DNA of 16,417 bases, taken from assembly GCF_006345805.1 (NCBI RefSeq), contig NW_021825202.1:1-16417 (forward strand). The letters run 5' to 3'. Numbering within the stretch: the stretch's first letter is position 1; every line of letters starts with the position of its first letter. Of this stretch, positions 9,927 to 16,417 are shown in pieces. The translations under genes were made by a program, and so were the position numbers. Origin of the DNA: Octopus sinensis (Eukaryota). The notes under the pieces are model-generated. The model searched no databases, was not told where the DNA came from, and worked only from the letters and a program-made list of their open reading frames with translations.

Positions 9927-10136
9927 TATGTGAAATAGAAAGATGAATAATCTTGTAGTAGATTAATCAACATTTAACCGATACCTTAGTAGCAAAAATC
10001 ACAGCAGTAAACAGCACGGTTGGAGGTACAACCATCTGGCGTTGCAACCGTGCGTTGGTGCGGATAATTGAAATTAAAACATTATTGGTGAATTGAAGAA
10101 ATGGAGCTGAACGCAGATTGAACAGAAATCGTTTTA

Positions 10137-10225
10137 TTTCATTCTACACGTGTTTCGAAAGGCACAAATTACCAAAATCCGATTGAATAATGGGACCATA
10201 TTGTGTCTTTCTCTTCAGGAAGAAA
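10137..10225 (-). ncRNA. Type I hammerhead ribozyme, canonical core (C, left arm)
   Basis: Reverse complement of 10501-10589. Confidence 0.85.
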
Positions 10226-10500
10226 AAAGGAAATCCGTTGGAAAAACAAAAACAGAACAGAGGCGGAGCAAAAAACAAATCGAACTGTGCTCCTAAATAG
10301 TCAGAACTTTATTCTCGGTCACAAAGAACATCTATACACCCTCACCCACATGATTGACCGATGCCTGACCCGTTGAATTCTTCAGCCACCGTTCTCAACA
10401 TACACTGATAACAGTTTCGCCATGGGCTCTTAGGAGCACAGTTCGATTTGTTTTTTGCTCCGCCTCTGTTCTGTTTTTGTTTTTCCAACGGATTTCCTTT

Positions 10501-10589
10501 TTTCTTCCTGAAGAGAAAGACACAATATGGTCCCATTATTCAATCGGATTTTGGTAATTTGTGCCTTTCGAAACACGTGTAGAATGAAA
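10501..10589 (+). ncRNA. Type I hammerhead ribozyme, canonical core (C, right arm)
   Basis: TTTCTTC CTGAAGA GAAAG-ACACAA...TTGTG-C-CTTTC GAA ACACGTGT A GAATGAAA. Core is CUGAAGA, stem II is long, stem III is the palindrome ACACGUGU, GUA site after 10581, and stem I has a single U bulge. Confidence 0.85.
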
Positions 10590-10642
10590 TAAAACGATTT
10601 CTGTTCAATCTGCGTTCAGCTCCATTTCTTCAATTCACCAAT

Positions 10643-10704
<62 letters not shown>

Positions 10705-10716
10705 ACGTGTGTATAT

Positions 10717-10940
10717 ATGTTTGTGTGTCTATGTTTGTCTCCCCCAACATCGCTTGACAACCGGTGCTGGTGTGTTTACGTCCCCGTAACTTAGCGGTTC
10801 GGCAAAAGAGACCGATAGTATAAGTACTAGGCTTACAAAGAATATGTCTTGGGGTTGATGTGCTCTACTAAAGGCGATGCTCCAGCATGGCCACAGTCAA
10901 ATGACTGAAACAAGTAAAAGAGTAAAAGAGTAAAAGAGTA
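10717..10940 (+). mobile_element. Composite SINE tail
   Basis: gtttacgtccccgtaacttagcggttcggcaaaagagaccgatag...aatgactgaaacaagtaaaa(gagtaaaa)n. Confidence 0.9.
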
Positions 10941-11356
10941 ATTTCTGGCAGATTCAAACATGAATATGCTGGTCATTGATGTTTCCTTTCATCAGATGTG
11001 AGGTTATAATGCTTCTCATTTAAAGCGAGGAGATGTTAGTTGATGACGAATACATTATTGTACAGAACCATACTTTTCACTAAGTTAATTTTAACTTCAG
11101 ACAGGTCTTTTGAAGAAATATTCATGCACAGTACTTCTCCATTCAGTTTCTTTAATGGATACTGATTTGTGTATATAACGGCTTTTTTTTTTTTTAAGCA
11201 AGCGAACTATTCTTTGTATGTTACTGGAGATACTCTATCGGGCAGACAAAACTAAATCCCACTAACTGGGAATAAGTCAAGTCGGGTGTGCATTGTGGGC
11301 CCTATGATTTATGGCCTAATGTTGCTGAAAATTACAAGAGAAAATTTGCTCGTTAA

Positions 11357-11645
11357 TATTGGGTTTTCCGGAAAGTTCGTGCCGATTTTTAAAGGAAAGA
11401 AAAAAGGTCAATAAATACTTGCCATTACATTTTTAATCAACCAAATACGAACCATTTTGTTGCACAATGCGTCTCCAACTTTCCTTTAACTTGAAAATAC
11501 CCTCTTCCCAGAATTGACGTGGGTTCATGGCAAAGAATTCATCTAGGTATCGTTTTACGTCATCCAAAGAATTGAAATTTTTACCATTAAGACTATTCTG
11601 CAGAGACCTGGATAAGTGGAAATCCTAAGGAGCAATATCTGGTGA
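11357..11645 (-). mobile_element. Mariner transposon 3' end (transposase C-terminus plus TIR)
   Basis: 11645-11433 reads SPDIAP*DFHLSRSLQNSLNGKNFNSLDDVKRYLDEFFAMNPRQFWEEGIFKLKESWRRIVQQNGSYLVD*, a YSPDLAPSD-type motif. The end TA-TTGGGTTTTCC is TIR-like. Confidence 0.92.
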
Positions 11646-12766
11646 ATCAAAGAGCTTCTTGGTGGAATTAGAATCCATTAAGAGTGTCATTGGCAATAAA
11701 ATTCAAAATTCAGACACAGCACCTATGTGTCCCTATGTTAACTCTGACAACTGTCTGTTTGACGATAACTATATGACAAAATCTGTAGTTTCATTTGTTA
11801 AGGTTCAATTAAATGATTCCTTTCTTTTTTTCCGAAATCCTACACCGGACGCACGAGAATATCTTCAACTTATTCATCCAATATCGGCAATGCTCGGAAA
11901 AACTGCATGGCTACTTAATCAAAGTATACCCTTTTGAATTCGAGAAGCGACACGTCATTCGTTCAGAAATAAGGGCTCTTTCCTAAATTGCACACAGCCA
12001 CATCACTAGTGTAGCTTCACTTCATGGCTTCGTTACTGGTTATGGTTAATTGCCAAAATAACCATCTTGAAGTAAAAATACGGCTTAAATGTCAGGTCAT
12101 AGCTATGAAATACTTGCAAACACACACCAAAAAATAGTTTTGTCCGCTATAAATCGCCTTAACACAAAACATAGTTTCTGGCTCAGACAGATTTGTTAAC
12201 TTTCGTAAACTCCTTTTTGAAGAGGCTTGTCAATTCTAATAGTTCTGTGCGTTCAACCAAGTAATACCAAATCGCTTTACGTCGCACTCCTATAATAACT
12301 AAGCTATATTACCTTCGATTCCGTTTTAATCGATTTTGTTTCACTTTATTCCACGTTCGGTCATTTTAAATTCATTTTATTATATTTACATTTTTGATTT
12401 ATTTGCATTCACAATTTTAATATTTCGTTTCATTTCCAATTCTATTAACCTATTTTTACCATTTTTACTATTATCTTTTTTTATAATTTTATACATTTAT
12501 AATTTTATAAATTAAAAAAAAAAAATATATCTTTTATAGATTCGTATTTATTTATTTATCAACTTTTTAATACCTATATTTGGTTATTAATCTATATATT
12601 ACATATTGAGTACACTGTTTTTCTCCGCGTTCAGACAATACTTTTTGCCATTAACATAAACACACATATACACAAATGCACGCATGCACGGAAACACGTC
12701 TATAGTTTGGAAACAAGAGAACTTACTGCTTCATTTAAGATATTGGTGGTTAAACATAGACATACG

Positions 12767-12951
12767 CTTTAGGGTTATGACACACACTTCATGCACTAAC
12801 ATACACATCTGTAAACACCACTCGAATAAGCACACATTAACACGTTTGTGTGTGTGTGTGCAAACGCTTGTGTGTAGCAGTTAATGTGTGCTTATTCGAG
12901 TGGTGTTCGCAGATGTGTATGTTAGTGCATGAAGTGTGTGTGACCCTAAAG
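12767..12951. repeat. Convergent inverted repeat (12767-12841 / 12880-12951)
   Basis: Arms of about 72-75 bp with one small indel and 2 substitutions; 38-nt spacer. Confidence 0.9.
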
Positions 12952-13138
12952 TGTGCGCGTGTATTGTGTATGCTTATGTATGAAGGTTGTATGTGTTTAT
13001 GCGTGTTGTGTGTGTGTGTGTGTATTGTGTGTGTTTTTTAAAGAATGAATGCTGTGTGTTGTGAAGGAATGCATGGAGGTGAGAGGTAAGTTAGGGGTGA
13101 CGAGAGTTAGGGGTTGGAAGGTATTGGATGCTAATGTG

Positions 13139-13373
13139 TGTGCAGGTAAAGGGGTCGGTGATGTGATAGGCGCGCTGATGGGTACTGGCGCGGATAATGG
13201 GTGTTGGAGAGATAGGGGCAGGTGCGACAGCGCGGGCGAGAGCAAAGGATTGAACCAGGTTGAGTAGCAGAAATAGGGAAGAAACTACAGACCAAATGGT
13301 CACGCAGATTATGGGCGCATTTGAATGATGAAGGGGTGGATTAGAGAAGATGTGGGAGGTGGAAGGGATCGGA
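13139..13373 (-). pseudogene. Penelope-like element ORF relic: RT-endonuclease linker with Cys motif, up to the start of the GIY-YIG domain
   Basis: With frameshifts: SDP/STSHIFSNPPL/SFKCAHNLRDHLVCSFFPISATQPGSILCSRPRCRTCPYLSNT/IIRASTHQRAYHITDPFTCT, i.e. the NLRD.LV, CxxxxCxxC and FTC motifs of Neptune-type PLEs. Confidence 0.85.
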
Positions 13374-13629
13374 CTTTTGGATGTTGTACATTTAGTTGCA
13401 AACCAAATGCTTATTTATTTAGCGTCGTTTAAACGTTATGGAATATAGAGTACAGATAATGGAGTATAACGTTACATTGTTTTGTATAGACAAATATTTT
13501 TTCGTTTTTTTCCATCGATTCTCAAATCTGGTGGCGTCGTAAAGTCGCCCTCATGACTTACAACTTGTATTTCTCATTTTACAAGGGATACTGAGATGTC
13601 CCTGGCTTTAAGGGTATAGCTTAAGGGCT

Positions 13630-13800
13630 TGTTGAAGATCTAACCTTCCGAGTTCTTTTACAGGGCTTAGAAAAACTGAAAGACCGCTGCAATAAGTGTG
13701 TAAATCCGAGAGGAGAATATGTTGAATAAAATCATAATTAACTGATCCTCCTGTATTTTCTTTTACCCAAAGACAAGGAACTTTAGAGAATTCCCTCGTA
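13630..13800 (+). mobile_element. Second mariner 3' end fragment
   Basis: GLEKLK/DRCNKCVNPRGEYVE* (stop at 13727-13729) followed by a TIR-like end ggaacttt...ccctcgTA. Confidence 0.8.
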
Positions 13801-13925
13801 AGTCTGGCGAAACGTGTTCCACTTCAGGTGAAATTACTTTCAGAGTGAGAGGCGGAAAAAACGAGTTGAGAGAAAGAAAAGTATCGACGCCAGCGCTGGT
13901 CTCATACTTTAGAGCCCGAATGGAT

Positions 13926-14300
13926 GGATATGGAAGCACTCCGTCGGTTACGACGACGAGGGTTCCGGTTGATCCGTTCAACGGAACAGCCTGCTCGTGA
14001 AATTAACGTGTAAGTGGCTGAGCACTCCACAGACACGTGTACCCTTAACGCAGTTCTCGGGGATATTCAGCGTGACACAGAGAGTGACAAGGCTGGCCCT
14101 TTGAAATACAGGTACAACAGAATCAGGAAGTAAGAGTGACAGAAAGTTGTGTTGAAAGAGTACAGCAGGGATCACCACCATCCCCTGCCGGAGCCTCGTG
14201 GAGCTTTAGATGTTTTCGCTCAATAAACACTCACAACGCCTGGTCTGGGAATCGAAACCGCGAGTCCGCTGCCCTAACCACTGGGCCATTGCGCCTCCAC
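13926..14300 (-). mobile_element. tRNA-derived SINE, third family, with target-site duplication
   Basis: A box tggcccagtgg and B box gtttcgattcc on the minus strand; flanked by agagcccgaat(g/a)gat at 13911-13925 and 14301-14315. Confidence 0.85.
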
Positions 14301-14824
14301 AGAGCCCGAATAGATAAAGGGCAAAGTTGAATCCGGTGATATCTGAACTCAGAAAAAAACCATAACTAGAATAAATCTCGCAAATCTTTTCATACAACGT
14401 TCGAACGACTGAGCCAACAAATCATCGTTGGAATATAATTTATAATGTTTAGAATCTGTCAAATAATTAGTTTCTGTGATGTGTGAGAGGAACTCTTCAA
14501 AGTGGAGATTAAATAACAAATGGCTGTGAAACAAAATGGCTGTTCACACGAAACTGCTTTTATCGTTATTTGCTATATCTAAAGACAAACTTACGTCAAA
14601 GGAAACAAGGAAAGTTTTGCGTTTGTGTTAATAAAAATACGTAGAATATGATAAGTTAGCGTGGTGTAAAGGGCAGATGGGTTGTGAGGTTTACAAATGT
14701 TGTTAATACATTAATTTGATGTTCAGTACATGCTGTTGATCTCTGGTTCGTGTGTTCGTAAATGGCTAAATGACTTTTATATAATATTATATAATTACAA
14801 ATGTGATTTTTATCATTTATCTTA

Positions 14825-15210
14825 TACTTGTTTCAGTGATTAGACTGCGGTCATGGCGGAGCACCGCAATGGCCAATTTCAGTACTTATTCTATCGGTCA
14901 CTTTGACCGAACCGCTGCTTTACTGGGACGTAAATACACCAACACCGGTTGTCAAGTTGTGGTGAGGGTAAAACACACACACACACAAACATACACACAT
15001 ATGTGTGCCTGTGTGTGTGTGTGTTTGTCTGCGTTTATATGCACACGAGGGACTTCTTTTAGGTTCCGTCTACTAAAACCACTCACAATACCTGGGTTGG
15101 CCTGAGGCTATCTTGGAAGGCACTTGTCCAATGTGCCACACCGTGGATCTGGAACTGGAACCATGTGGCTGGGAAGCAAATTTCTTAACACGCATCTACG
15201 CCTGCGCCTA
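14825..15210 (-). mobile_element. Older complete composite SINE (tail, CA/TG spacer, head)
   Basis: Diverged match to 2007-2470 in the same order. Confidence 0.8.
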
Positions 15211-15507
15211 TATATATACACGAATGTATGCATCCACTTGTATATATACATATGTAAATATATATACACACACACACAAACACACATACAGACATATTTA
15301 TAAATACATATATATATATGTATGTACGTACACACATGCACCCCCACACATATATATATATATATAAATACAAACCAACACATAAACATACACACAAAAA
15401 CACGTACTCGCACATATCCGTCTTAAACTAAACATTACTCACCTGTAACGATTATCTTCTCCGGCTCTCAATTAGTTTCTAGTAAAACTGTTATTGTGCA
15501 AAACTAA

Positions 15508-15661
15508 CACGTGACGTGATTGGATGAACGATAGTGAGAAGGTCAAAGTTCAGCGAAGATAACTTGGCGGTGAGTAAGAGAAAGGGAGTTGCAAAGGTCA
15601 GCAAAAATGACCTGCTGACAATTTATCCAGTTGAAACAGTCTATTGATTTCTATTGGCCAA
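15508..15661. promoter_or_regulatory. Candidate cis-regulatory motif cluster
   Basis: CACGTG 15508, TGACGTGA 15512, ATTGG 15519 and 15653, AGGTCA-A-AGTTCA 15540-15552, AGGTCA-N7-TGACCT 15595-15613, TGCTGAC 15613. Confidence 0.35.
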
Positions 15662-16034
15662 AACAATCGGATTATTTAACCGCCAGCAATACTAGCCGTG
15701 AGATGGGGGTGTCGGATGTTGTGGGAGATGTGGACTAAGCAGCGAATATTCTTGGAGAAAAGCCAACGTTACAGGAATTTTGATTCACCAAATCTTCGTA
15801 TTGAAACACGCCAGGAAAAAAATTGTAGTTTTGCCGCTGTTTGTTTAGTGTGTTTATCGAAATGCTTAGGTCGATATATTGGTCCATGTATGTATGTATG
15901 CATATATACTCATGCAGAAAAGGACGCACGTACGAACACACATACACACCCACACACACACACACGCACAAACACCACAAACACTCACATACACACACTT
16001 ACATATATATATAAATATGCATACTTAAGTATAT

Positions 16035-16160
16035 ATGTTTCCGACGAAGAGCTCCGCTCGAAACGTCATACCTCCCTGCTTCTTTCCTGAGCGCCTATTG
16101 ATAATAATACTGTAATTGTTCCATTGTTGTTGTTTTTTGTTTCCCGTTTGGATTAAAATT
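16035..16160 (+). mobile_element. Element D2: second copy of the PLE-type terminal repeat
   Basis: atgtttccgacgaagagctccgctcgaaacgt is identical to D1; then ctttcctgagcg...ttgttcc...gtttggatt and (TA)n. Confidence 0.75.
16037..16071 (+). ncRNA. Minimal hammerhead-like motif, variant core (D2)
   Basis: GTTT CCGACGA A GAGC TCC GCTC GAA ACGT C ATAC; GUC triplet, stem I has one mismatch. Confidence 0.5.
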
Positions 16161-16329
16161 ATATATATAAGATATATATATATATATATACTTATATATA
16201 TGTATATATATCTATATATTATATATATATATATATATAAGGTACTTATATATATGTATATATATATATATCTATATATATATATATATATACTTATTAT
16301 TGTATAATATATATATAATATATATATAT

Positions 16330-16394
<65 letters not shown>

Positions 16395-16417
16395 TATCGT
16401 AGTGTTATACTAATTAT

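Larger units (their letters stand above)
9926..10651. mobile_element. Element C: 222-bp apparently perfect inverted repeat (10075-10296 / 10430-10651) with 133-bp spacer, a hammerhead in each arm
   Basis: Arms compared by eye, including homopolymer lengths, appear identical. The element lies between two (TA)n tracts. Confidence 0.85.

Noticed and set aside
10297-10436. FAMGS peptide in the element C spacer as RT motif B; IGQS in ORF 10342..10536 as GIY-YIG
   Set aside because: Only 4-5 residues match, with stops nearby and no supporting context.
11659-11937. 92-aa ORF adjacent to the mariner fragment
   Set aside because: Starts at a non-ATG codon in the sequence, has no recognisable domain and no convincing splice context.

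Overview
Repeat-dense, AT-rich eukaryotic non-genic DNA. The SINE types and microsatellite load suggest a coleoid cephalopod such as Octopus (inference). No host protein-coding exon is supportable; most supplied ORFs are microsatellite read-throughs. Ordinary content: several tRNA-derived SINEs (one family has a head, an internal (TA)/(TG) microsatellite and a tail), a decayed RTE-type LINE 3' end, two mariner transposase 3' ends and two coding relics of a GIY-YIG Penelope-like element (PLE). The notable content is four non-coding fold-back elements (A 193-1206, D 5078-5364, B 5978-6566, C 9926-10651) plus a second D copy (16035-16160). Together they carry 8 minimal type I hammerhead ribozyme motifs with palindromic stem III. 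All abut (TA)n tracts, and four have an inverted partial duplicate at their 5' side. A and B are tandemly repeated units of about 361-364 nt. They share a U3-A8 covariant core, two hairpins and colinear spacing despite heavy sequence divergence, so they look like a retrozyme-like (circular-RNA) family mobilised by PLE machinery. All folds were worked out by eye; activity and novelty are untested.
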